A DNA stretch of 64,000 bases, taken from the NCBI GenBank assembly GCA_965203225.1, contig CBDBBW010000007.1, forward strand, positions 7,122 to 71,121, read 5' to 3'. This stretch comes from Bdellovibrionales bacterium (GTDB lineage: Bacteria > Bdellovibrionota > Bdellovibrionia > Bdellovibrionales > UBA1609). A program made the position numbers and the translations under genes. The notes beneath the pieces were generated by a model. That model had not been told where the DNA came from. It saw only the letters and a program-made list of their open reading frames with translations, and did not search any database. Position 1 is the stretch's first letter. Each line of letters starts with the position of its first letter. This document shows positions 27,792 through 36,682 of this stretch, piece by piece.

Positions 27792-30428
27792 TTGGAATTA
27801 AAAAATTATCAAGAAGGCGTGCTTGAAAGACTGTCTCTTTATCTTAAAACTTTAAAAGAAAAAAAACAAGACAGTCTAGCATTAGCAAAGTTCCAAAAAG
27901 AAAACAAAAAACCTGTTAATTGGACCTCAGGAGACTTTAACTTTTGCCAAAGAGCGTGGGAGGAAATGAATGAAAAAAGACTGCTCCCTCTTATTTCAAG
28001 AAAAATTATTGATAAAAATGATGCTCTATTTATACCTAAAAACCAAGAACAAACTATAGCTTCTTATAAAAATCGTTTTAGCGGAATGGATCAACCGGTT
28101 CCCAATATATGTCTTAAAGTTCCAACAGGAGGAGGGAAAACTCTATTAGGGGCGGGAGCTATAGAGCAAATTAACATTGATTTTTTTGAACAAAATAGAG
28201 GTTTTGTTTTATGGGTTGTCCCCAGTGATTCTATCTATAAGCAAACACTAAAAGCCCTATCTGATCGAGAAAGCCTTTATAGACAGATTTTAGATCGAGC
28301 TTCTCTAGGTAAAGTTAAAATTTTACAAAAAACAGATCGCTTCCATCCCCAAGACATAAAAGATTATTTGTGTGTCATGCTTTTAATGCTTCAATCTGCC
28401 GGCAGACAAACAAAAGAGACCTTAAGAATGTTCAAAGATTCTGGAAAGTTTCCCTATTTTTTTCCTGAAATAGATGATTACCCTGCGAATAAAAGACTGC
28501 TTAATCTATGTTCCAATTTAGACCATTATAATCTAGCTCTTCAAGATAATACTTCTATAAAACACAGTTTAGGAAATGTTTTAAAGCTTATACAGCCTTT
28601 AATTGTTATTGATGAAGGACATAGAGCTTATACAGAAAAGGCAAAAAATACTTTGCTGGATTTTAATCCAAGGTTTATTTTAGAGCTTTCAGCTACTCCT
28701 AATAAGAAAAAACATCATAGCAATATCCTGGTTTCAGTTTCAGGCAGTGAACTTAAAAAAGAAGAAATGATAAAGCTCCCTATAAACATTTTTAACTTAG
28801 AAAGCAGGGACTGGAAAAAGGCTTTGGCAAAAGGCTTTGAAATACAAAAAAATCTTTCAAAAGATACAAAGAAACTTCAAACAAAAGAAAACCGCTACAT
28901 TCGTCCTATTATGCTGGTTAGAGTAGAGCGGACAGGAACCGATCAAAGAGAAAAAAAATTCATTCATTCCGAAGATGTAAAAGAGTATCTAATAAAAAAT
29001 TTTAATGCAGACACAGATGAAGTGAGAATTAAATCTTCTGCAAAAGATGAATTAGGAAATGAAGATTTGCTTTCTGAATATTCTCGTGTGAAATACATTA
29101 TTACCAAAGAAGCTTTAAAAGAGGGTTGGGACTGCTCTTTTGCCTATATCTTGGTCATCTTGTCTAAAACAAAAGCTCCTATTGCGATTGAACAAATGAT
29201 AGGGCGGGTTTTAAGACAACCTCAAACTAGAAAGACAGGTTTTACATCTTTAAATGAATGTTATGTTGTCTGTATGGATCAAGATGTGGCTGGAGCTGTG
29301 GAAGGTGTCAAAAAAGGACTCCAAAATGAAGGAATGGATGGACTGGCGGGAGATATAAAACTTTTAGAAGACAATAACCAGAGATTTAAAAGAGAAGTTA
29401 AAATAAAAAGAAGATCAGCTTTTAGAGGTTTAAAAATTTTCTTGCCAAGAGTGCTGTATCGATCAGGAAAGCAATTAAGATCCCTTAGTTATGAAAGAGA
29501 TTTACTTTATAATATTGATTGGTCAAAATTAAGATTTAATAAAGATATAGGTTTAAATGATAGAATCCCTGATATGACTCATACACAGATAGATATAAAA
29601 GAACAAATGGAGTTGATTTCTTCTTATCAAGGAAGTAATGAAGAACGTTCTAAAGATTTAGATATGGATTTTGGGTTTATGTGCCAAAGGCTTTCCGACA
29701 TTATACCTAATCCTTGGAATGCCAGTCTCACAGTAGGGAAGGCTTTATCTATTTTAAAGCAGAAAAACGAAACAAAAAATATATGGGCAAATAGATTTTC
29801 CATTTTGGATTCTCTAAGAAATAATTTACAAGATCAGATAAGTCAGAAGACAGAGCAAATTTTTAGAGAGAAGCTCAAGAACAATAAGATTTTATTCAAA
29901 TTAGTAAGTGCCGGTGATCCTAAACTGAACTGGGAAATGGCTGAAACTTTAAACCTTTCTATATCAGAAGAAAGTGATCTTTTAAGACAGAGAAACAGCA
30001 GAGATTTACAGCTTTCACTTTTTGAAGATATTTATAAAGAGGAATTTAAGTTTAATGACTTAGAAAAGAAGGTGGCCTGGTATTTAGATGAAGATTCAGC
30101 TATAAAATGGTGGCATAGAATTATAGAAAAGCAAGATTGGCATTTACAAGGCTGGCAAAAAAATAAAATCTATCCTGATTTTTTAGTTTGCTTAAAATCT
30201 TCTAAAAACGGCACAGCTCATTTTTCCATTCTTGAGACAAAAGGAGAGCATCTTATAGGAAATCCTGATACAGAATACAAGAAAAAACTTTTTGATCTAT
30301 TTACAAAATATTCTAAAAAATCTACACCGGCGGGAGATATTGAAATACAAGATCAAAAAATGACTTTTGATCTTGTTGTGCAAAGTGAATGGCGAGAAGC
30401 GTTAAATAAACTTTTTAAAATCGGATAA
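27792..30428 (+). CDS. res: Type III restriction enzyme Res subunit (SF2 helicase plus C-terminal PD-(D/E)xK nuclease)
   Basis: Motif I VPTGGGKTLLG, motif II VIDEGHRAY, motif VI QMIGRVLRQP. C-terminal YPDF...ILETKGEHL nuclease signature. TTG start abuts the mod stop. Confidence 0.9.
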   Translation: MELKNYQEGVLERLSLYLKTLKEKKQDSLALAKFQKENKKPVNWTSGDFNFCQRAWEEMNEKRLLPLISRKIIDKNDALFIPKNQEQTIASYKNRFSGMDQPVPNICLKVPTGGGKTLLGAGAIEQINIDFFEQNRGFVLWVVPSDSIYKQTLKALSDRESLYRQILDRASLGKVKILQKTDRFHPQDIKDYLCVMLLMLQSAGRQTKETLRMFKDSGKFPYFFPEIDDYPANKRLLNLCSNLDHYNLALQDNTSIKHSLGNVLKLIQPLIVIDEGHRAYTEKAKNTLLDFNPRFILELSATPNKKKHHSNILVSVSGSELKKEEMIKLPINIFNLESRDWKKALAKGFEIQKNLSKDTKKLQTKENRYIRPIMLVRVERTGTDQREKKFIHSEDVKEYLIKNFNADTDEVRIKSSAKDELGNEDLLSEYSRVKYIITKEALKEGWDCSFAYILVILSKTKAPIAIEQMIGRVLRQPQTRKTGFTSLNECYVVCMDQDVAGAVEGVKKGLQNEGMDGLAGDIKLLEDNNQRFKREVKIKRRSAFRGLKIFLPRVLYRSGKQLRSLSYERDLLYNIDWSKLRFNKDIGLNDRIPDMTHTQIDIKEQMELISSYQGSNEERSKDLDMDFGFMCQRLSDIIPNPWNASLTVGKALSILKQKNETKNIWANRFSILDSLRNNLQDQISQKTEQIFREKLKNNKILFKLVSAGDPKLNWEMAETLNLSISEESDLLRQRNSRDLQLSLFEDIYKEEFKFNDLEKKVAWYLDEDSAIKWWHRIIEKQDWHLQGWQKNKIYPDFLVCLKSSKNGTAHFSILETKGEHLIGNPDTEYKKKLFDLFTKYSKKSTPAGDIEIQDQKMTFDLVVQSEWREALNKLFKIG

Positions 30429-31232
30429 TTGGATTTTACAATGAGTACTAAAATATTCTCAATAGCCCGATTAACAATAGGTGATGAAAATTTTACTTTA
30501 CAGGATTTTTCATCTATTAAAGAGTTGTATAATAATGAGCAGGGAGAACAAAATAGGATTATCCAAAAAAAACTCTTTGATAATAATAGATTTATTTCTC
30601 TATATTTTGAAGAAGGAAATGTTTTTCCCAGACCTGACACTGTTTATAATAAGAAAATTCATACTGAAGAAGAAAACCCAAGGACTACTGATCAAATAGA
30701 GAGAGATTCACAAAAATTTTTCCTAATTGATATAAAAGAACAAAAAATATTCATTTCTGATTTTAGAAAAAAAAAGATGCTAGAGGAGTGGCTGACTGAA
30801 AAGATAAAAAAACAAGTGTTAATTAGGAATATAATAGATAGAGAATATTTTTTTAATGAACTTCAGAGCATCAATACAATATATTTATCCGCTGTTCCTA
30901 ATTTATTAACACAAGAAGGAATACTTAGTAAAGAACTAACTTCTGATCACCATAATTATGGACAGAGTATAAAACATATAGGTGTTAAAATTACTTTTGA
31001 AGAAACAAAATTATTGTCAAAAAAAATTAAAGATAAAGTTACAAATTTATGGAATCAGAAAGCTAATTATGAAATTGATAAATTAGAAGTTTCTGGTCGT
31101 TATGATAATAAATTCGAGAGGGTATTTAATGCAGAAGGAATCATTGATAAGATTGAAATAAAAATAGATCCTAAAAAAAATGGTTTGTTTGATCAAGAGA
31201 GTGTTTTTAACAAATTGATTAAAAATATGTAA
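30429..31232 (+). CDS. Hypothetical soluble protein (267 aa; 263 aa from ATG 30441), family not recognised
   Basis: Long ORF abutting the res stop in very AT-rich DNA, with no hydrophobic segments. The only motif is a weak RPD-x30-FFLIDIKEQK pattern (possible PD-(D/E)xK). Confidence 0.7.
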   Translation: MDFTMSTKIFSIARLTIGDENFTLQDFSSIKELYNNEQGEQNRIIQKKLFDNNRFISLYFEEGNVFPRPDTVYNKKIHTEEENPRTTDQIERDSQKFFLIDIKEQKIFISDFRKKKMLEEWLTEKIKKQVLIRNIIDREYFFNELQSINTIYLSAVPNLLTQEGILSKELTSDHHNYGQSIKHIGVKITFEETKLLSKKIKDKVTNLWNQKANYEIDKLEVSGRYDNKFERVFNAEGIIDKIEIKIDPKKNGLFDQESVFNKLIKNM

Positions 31233-31666
31233 TGAAAAAAATTGTTATACTTTTATCTTTTTTAGTTTCCATTTTGTTACAATGGTACTTTGAACTTGCT
31301 ATTAACAAGGATTTTATATCCTCTTTACTAATAGTTTTTTCTATGTTTTTTGGATTTTATATTACCAGTCTTGCTGTTTTTTCAACTTCAAAATATCTAC
31401 ACAAATTATACAAAATAGAAGATCAAAAAGATAATCGAAAAACTCTATTGGATAATCTTATAGAAGAATTCAAATGGCCGGCATACTTTCTTTTATTTTC
31501 TATAGTATATCTGATTGCTGTATATATTATCATAGAAAACAAGTTTCCTAAATTTATATACTATTGCTTTTACATTTTATGGGGGATTATCGTATTAAAT
31601 ATTTTTTATATTTTTAGAACAATAGATATTTTTATAAAAATCACTCGTCAGTCTGTAAAAGAGTAG
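31232..31666 (+). CDS. Hypothetical small integral membrane protein (144 aa, four predicted TM helices)
   Basis: TAATG stop/start overlap with the upstream ORF. Hydrophobic stretches at aa 4-20, 29-50, 83-101 and 107-127, with a charged loop between TM2 and TM3. Confidence 0.7.
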   Translation: MKKIVILLSFLVSILLQWYFELAINKDFISSLLIVFSMFFGFYITSLAVFSTSKYLHKLYKIEDQKDNRKTLLDNLIEEFKWPAYFLLFSIVYLIAVYIIIENKFPKFIYYCFYILWGIIVLNIFYIFRTIDIFIKITRQSVKE

Positions 31667-31742
31667 CAGATACATAAGTATATTTTTTTAAAAAACTATA
31701 AATACTTCTTTTTATTCGACTTGAAGCAAAACTTGATCAGAA

Positions 31743-33308
31743 TCATATGGTTTTTAAGAAAGCCTGAGCCTGAGCATCACCTTGTTTAGCCGCTTTTTCA
31801 AACAACTCTATTCCTCGCTGTATATCTTGCTCCACTCCTTCTCCCTTACAATACATCGCAGCTAAGAAAGTCTGAGCTGGAGCAAAACCTTTTTCAGCCG
31901 CTTTTTCAAACAACTCTCTTGCTCGATGTCTATCCTGCTCCACTCCTTTTCCATCAAAATACATCACAGCTAAGGCATGCTGAGCTGGAGCAAAACCTTG
32001 TTTAGCTGCTTTTTCATACCACTCTCTTGCTCGATTTATATCTTGCTCCACTCCCTCTCCCTTATAATACATCACAGCTAAGTTACTCTGAGCTGGAGCA
32101 TCACCTTGTTTAGCTGCTTTTTCAAACAACTCTATTCCTCGATTTATATCTTGCTCCACTCCTTCTCCCTCATAATACATCACAGCTAAGGCATGCTGAG
32201 CTGGAGCATCACCTTGTTTAGCCGCTTTTTCATACCACTCTATTCCTCGATTTATATCTTGCTCCACTCCTTCTCCCTCATAATACATCACAGCTAAGGC
32301 ATGCTGAGCCAGAGCAAAACCTTGTTTAGCCGCTTTTTCAAACAACTCTATTCCTCGCTGTATATCTTGCTCCACTCCTTCTCCCTTACAATACATCACA
32401 GCTAAGGCATGCTGAGCCAGAGCAAAACCTTTTTCAGCCGCTTTTTCAAACAACTCTATTCCTCGCTGTATATCTTGCTTCACTCCTTCTCCCTTACAAT
32501 ACATCACAGCTAAGGCATGCTGAGCTGGAGCAACATCTTGTTTAGCCGCTTTTTCATACCACTCTCTTGCTCGATGTATATCTTGCTCCACTCCTTCTCC
32601 ATTAGAATATATATCAGCTAAGTTATACTGAGCTGGAGCAAAACCTCGTTTAGCCGCTTTTTCATACCACTTTATTCCTCGATGTCTATCTTGCTCCACT
32701 CCTTTTCCATCAAAATATATCACAGCTAAGGCATGCTGAGCTGGAGCAACACCTTGTTTAGCCGCTTTTTCAAACAACTCTATTCCTCGATGTATATCTT
32801 GCTCCACTCCTTCTCCCTTAGAATACATCTGAGCTAAGTTATACTGAGCTGGAGCAAAACCTCGTTTAGCCGCTTTTTCATACCACTCTCTTGCTCGATG
32901 TATATCTTGCTCCACTCCTTCTCCATTAGAATATATATCAGCTAAGTTAAACTGAGCTGGAGCAAAACCTTGTTTAGCCGCTTTTTCCAACCACTCTATT
33001 CCTCGATGTCTATCTTGCTCCCCTCCTTCTCCCAGATAATACATCGCAGCTAAGGCATGCTGAGCTGGAGCAACACCTTTTTCAGCCGCTTTTTCAAACA
33101 ACTTTCTTTTTCTTGCTCTACGATGTCTATCTTGCTCCCCTCCTTTACTGTGGATTAAGTTACAGAGACTCACTCCATTATAATGTATCAAAGCAGTGTT
33201 ATACTGATACTGAGCATAACGTTGTTTAGCCAATCTTTTAGAGTTGCACAGAAAAAGCTTAACAGCTCTTAACAAGGATTTTAATGCGCTTGGTTTTTTT
33301 ATCATCAT
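31743..33308 (-). CDS. Sel1-like repeat (SLR) protein, 12 full 36-aa repeats plus degenerate flanking repeats
   Basis: Repeating APAQxxLAxMYxxGEGVEQDxxRxxEWYEKAAKQG consensus. DNA repeats of 108 bp are near-identical. Confidence 0.9.
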   Translation of the reverse strand: MMIKKPSALKSLLRAVKLFLCNSKRLAKQRYAQYQYNTALIHYNGVSLCNLIHSKGGEQDRHRRARKRKLFEKAAEKGVAPAQHALAAMYYLGEGGEQDRHRGIEWLEKAAKQGFAPAQFNLADIYSNGEGVEQDIHRAREWYEKAAKRGFAPAQYNLAQMYSKGEGVEQDIHRGIELFEKAAKQGVAPAQHALAVIYFDGKGVEQDRHRGIKWYEKAAKRGFAPAQYNLADIYSNGEGVEQDIHRAREWYEKAAKQDVAPAQHALAVMYCKGEGVKQDIQRGIELFEKAAEKGFALAQHALAVMYCKGEGVEQDIQRGIELFEKAAKQGFALAQHALAVMYYEGEGVEQDINRGIEWYEKAAKQGDAPAQHALAVMYYEGEGVEQDINRGIELFEKAAKQGDAPAQSNLAVMYYKGEGVEQDINRAREWYEKAAKQGFAPAQHALAVMYFDGKGVEQDRHRARELFEKAAEKGFAPAQTFLAAMYCKGEGVEQDIQRGIELFEKAAKQGDAQAQAFLKTI

Positions 33309-33416
33309 TACCTCCGATTCTTATTCAAACTATGATTTGTTTTTACCATAATTTGCTAATTCATTCCAGCTATTTATAAAATTATGAAAAAATTATACAC
33401 CACTGTTTAAACTTTA

Positions 33417-33552
33417 TGGGAATCCGTTTTTTATCTTTGTTCAACTCCGGCTTTAAATGAATAGTTCCTGTTAAACGAGGCAGAGCAGGTCCATAAACAT
33501 CTCCGTCCAGCAGACCGATTTTTAAACCCAGATTGGATAAAGCGGATGACAT
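33417..33552 (-). pseudogene. Fragment of an Mrp/ApbC-type Fe-S cluster carrier ATPase gene
   Basis: Translates to MSSALSNLGLKIGLLDGDVYGPALPRLTG..., matching the xNLAxALAxxGxKVGLLDADIYGPS region. The P-loop and C-terminal parts are absent. Confidence 0.5.
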
Positions 33553-33636
33553 GTTTAAAAGAATAAAAGAGGTATATTATGTCTTATTTAAAAAAAATCT
33601 TGTTTTTTGGGAGCAAATTTAATCTCGGTTTCTGCA

Positions 33637-34307
33637 TTAGCTGTTCCCTTCTTGAAAGCAGAAAGAGATGGAAAGCATCTCTAAAGGTTTTTTCAATGAT
33701 TTATATTTTTCGGTAATCTTATACTTAACGGTTTTACGAGCACCTTCAAAATAAATAAGATTATTGTCTTTTAAAAACCTTATATAATTTTCTATTGTTC
33801 TTAATGTAATACCTTCTTTTTTTGAAAAAGAAACAGAAGAAAACTCCTCTTGTTTATCTATTACATTTAATAATTTTAATAAATTGTCTCTTTTTTTCCT
33901 TTTACTCCGAAATTTATACCGAAATTTTTATCTTCTGAAATAAACTGTTCAGTAAGTAAAAGCTTGCGAAAAAATGTCACAGTTGTAAAGCCATCAAATT
34001 CAAACTTTATCGGACGCAATCCTTCTGCTTTAACTAAATCTCTCATCTTTTTAATCCCTATTCCCATTCTTTCAATGTATCCAGAGCCGTCCATCAAATC
34101 TGCTAAAAGCAGGTTGGGGCGAACACTTTTTTTTCCAAATTTTTCTTTAGACAGTCCTGCGGGTAATCCGCCAAAATTAGAAATTTCTACTCTATCGTCA
34201 TAAATCTCAACAGTCACAGATGTTCCGTCCTCCAAATAATTTGTATGAATGACAGCATGGAAACGAAAAACCTCTCTGCAGTTCACAGGCCAGCCTTGGA
34301 CATACAC
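33637..34307 (-). pseudogene. 5'-truncated, frameshifted gene for an AlbA_2/HATPase_c_4-type putative regulator ('RecG-like C-terminal' family)
   Basis: AVIHTNYLEDGTSVTVEIYDDRVEISNFGGLP...YIERMGIGIKKM matches the HATPase_c_4 core. A wHTH-like tail (ITLRTIENYIRFLKDNNLIYFEG) continues in another frame after the T7/A7 run at 33891-33897. The N-terminal domain is missing. Confidence 0.6.
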
Positions 34308-34485
34308 ACAAACCCACAGTGACTCAAAGGTATGCTAAGACTATCGCTATCTTATTTGTTCTGTTGCAGGCGGAGATGAGTTTTTAGTTTTTTTGAGTTC
34401 AGTCATTTTATATTTTGAGATGGAAAAGAATTTTTTAGATTGTGTTTGCATGAGAAAAACGGATATGATAACTTCTAAAAAAGAA

Positions 34486-35082
34486 ATGAAATATTTTATA
34501 TTTATTTTATTTTTCTCTTTTGCGGCACTTATAGCATCTTCAGCCTTCTCAAAGCCTTATTTGTATCCCGGCTATCTTAATGATGGGGTTTCACCGTCCT
34601 GGGGGATCACCGCTTATAAGTGGTCTGTTTCTATTGACAAAAAAAAATCAAATGTGTTTTTTGAGCCATTCTTATATATAACCTGTCATCCGGCGCAAAC
34701 ACCACAAGAAAATTCAAAAATAGAGATAAGCCTCTCCTTTAAAGCGCATCCTAGAGATCCTAAGCCCTCTTATGCCTATGGACCAATAGGGTGGTTGAAA
34801 CTGTGGGGAATTCTTGAATCAAAATTTATAGACAGGCCTGTCAAGGCAATTTCAAACAATGTGTCTATCGGCAGTAATTTGGTAAGATTGGCTTTGTCAG
34901 TATTAGTAAACGAAAGTTATCGGATGATTTTGGATCGATCTCCTGATACTAGAAAATGGCTTAGCGGCTTTTTGCAGTCAAAACAATTAAAAGTTCAAGG
35001 GGAAGGAATAGATATTACAGTCTTATTTTACCACCAAGACCTTGATAAATGGCTCAAAGATACTCTAAACAGATGTCCTTAA
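34486..35082 (+). CDS. Hypothetical secreted protein
   Basis: Signal peptide MKYFIFILFFSFAALIASSAFS. No recognisable domain. The tracked ORF begins upstream at 34393. Confidence 0.55.
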   Translation: MKYFIFILFFSFAALIASSAFSKPYLYPGYLNDGVSPSWGITAYKWSVSIDKKKSNVFFEPFLYITCHPAQTPQENSKIEISLSFKAHPRDPKPSYAYGPIGWLKLWGILESKFIDRPVKAISNNVSIGSNLVRLALSVLVNESYRMILDRSPDTRKWLSGFLQSKQLKVQGEGIDITVLFYHQDLDKWLKDTLNRCP

Positions 35083-35182
35083 CACAAATATATCCAGCAA
35101 TTCGCTTAAGAAAGAAGTTAAACAAAACTTCATTGCTGGTGAACTGTCTATAAAAAAATAGCTCTCAAAGCTGACTCCTTGC

Positions 35183-35341
35183 TTATCTAAGTCTCAACCA
35201 AAAGATTGGAAAAGCTTTTAAATGAGAAAGTTTGTTTGAAACAGAAGGGGTAAAAGGATATTTATGACTGGATAAAAAAAAGCCAGCTGAAACAGCCGGT
35301 GTTGCATAAAAAACCAAAATTAGTTTTAATATAAAAATCAT
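35183..35341 (-). pseudogene. Truncated paralog (first ~35 codons conserved) of the secreted protein gene at 35804-36508
   Basis: Same GGGAGGAG RBS and MIFILKLILVFYATPAVSA signal peptide as the full copy. Diverges and stops after 52 codons. Confidence 0.5.
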
Positions 35342-35514
35342 AATAACTCCTCCCAGATTGTTTAGGGCTTTATAATACACAATAATAAGTTTAGTATAGA
35401 TAATTTGTCTGAGTCGGAAAATTTTACCAATTTTTCACATAGCGGCTTATTTAATGAACCTTTTTAGTTTTCTTCCAAAGATTTTTTTTTGGCAGGCAAA
35501 AGCCTTACAATTGA
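35239..35514. repeat. Copy 1 of a ~276-bp direct repeat
   Basis: Near-identical to 36406-36682. Covers the promoter/RBS and 5' coding region of the secreted-protein gene family. Confidence 0.9.
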
Positions 35515-35803
35515 AAAAATACAAAAATAAAAAAGGCATTATTTCTGTTAAAAGTAAAGTGGGTTTTAGAGGGCTTCTTCTTAAAAAGAAATTTTTGCCA
35601 AAAATTCAATTGGATATAACAGCTAGTGAAATCTTGGTTTTAAAACCTGTGAAACGGAGAGTGCATCACCCTTACTCAGATGATTTTAAACAGTGGACAC
35701 TAGGCAGAAATGGGATTGTAATATATTTTACTTTCTTTTTATTAGCTTTCTTTCTAAATTATCTAAACAGTCAGTACAGTCTAAATGCAAGCTTCCATTT
35801 ACA

Positions 35804-36508
35804 CTAATGCCTTTTTCTCATTCTATTTCTCTGATATTTTTCATCATAGAGGACACCACTACTCAGAGATAGGATTTTAGTATATTTTACTTTCTTTTTA
35901 GGTAGCTTTCTGCTTACTAAAGCATCTAAACAATCATCACAGCCTAAGTGCAATTTTCCATTTACACCAATGCCTTTTTCACATTCTCCGGTTTGGATTG
36001 TCTCTGATATTTTCTCGCTCATATATTCATCTCTTTCACCATCATCAATACTACCAGGTTTATCAACCGCAAAAATAGACCACTTGTTTTTTATAGCTGT
36101 ATTGATTAAAAAATAATGAGAGCGACCTTCATGGAAGCCGTTGAGCCATTTATTAAGTTTAGTAGAATTATCTGTGTATTCCAAATAGAGGCATTTTTTA
36201 TGATTCGGATATATTTCTGAAAACTTCTTTATTAAATTAAAATAAATATTTTCTTGATCGTAAGAATTTTGTCTTCCTACTTCGTTTCCGCCTCTTTCCC
36301 CTCTTCTTGTTTCAAGCAGATAAGCAGAGACAATATGAGTTTCCCCTACAAATAGAATATCCACTCTTTTAATTAGGGTATTTTGACGATATTCTAAGAT
36401 GGGCAAAACAGAAGGGGTAAAAGGATATTTATGACTGGATAAAAAAAAGTCAGCTGAAACAGCCGGTGTTGCATAAAAAACCAAAATTAGTTTTAATATA
36501 AAAATCAT
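35804..36508 (-). CDS. Hypothetical secreted protein (possible ChaN/Tiki-like fold, very tentative)
   Basis: Strong RBS GGGAGGAG 5 nt before ATG 36508, plus a signal peptide. The ILFVGETH motif is reminiscent of GExH in ChaN-like proteins. The 3' end is tandemly duplicated (35722-35850 vs 35882-36015), so the stop position is uncertain. Confidence 0.6.
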   Translation of the reverse strand: MIFILKLILVFYATPAVSADFFLSSHKYPFTPSVLPILEYRQNTLIKRVDILFVGETHIVSAYLLETRRGERGGNEVGRQNSYDQENIYFNLIKKFSEIYPNHKKCLYLEYTDNSTKLNKWLNGFHEGRSHYFLINTAIKNKWSIFAVDKPGSIDDGERDEYMSEKISETIQTGECEKGIGVNGKLHLGCDDCLDALVSRKLPKKKVKYTKILSLSSGVLYDEKYQRNRMRKRH

Positions 36509-36682
36509 AATAACTCCTCCCAGATTGTTTAGGGCTTTATAATACACAATAATAAGTTTTAGTATAGATAATTTGTCTGAGTCGGAAAATTTTACCAATT
36601 TTTCACATAGCGGCTTATTTAATGAACCTTTTTAGTTTTCTCCCATAAGATTTTTTTTGGCCGGCAAAAGCCTTACAATTGA
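36406..36682. repeat. Copy 2 of the ~276-bp direct repeat
   Basis: See 35239-35514. Confidence 0.9.

Noticed and set aside
33579-33716. 45-codon plus-strand ORF (MSYLKKILFFGSKFNLGFCISC...) with a good AAGAGG RBS, antisense to the regulator pseudogene tail; considered as a small toxin-like peptide
   Set aside because: It is very short, sits in AT-rich relic DNA and has no supporting conservation that I can assess. A chance ORF cannot be excluded.
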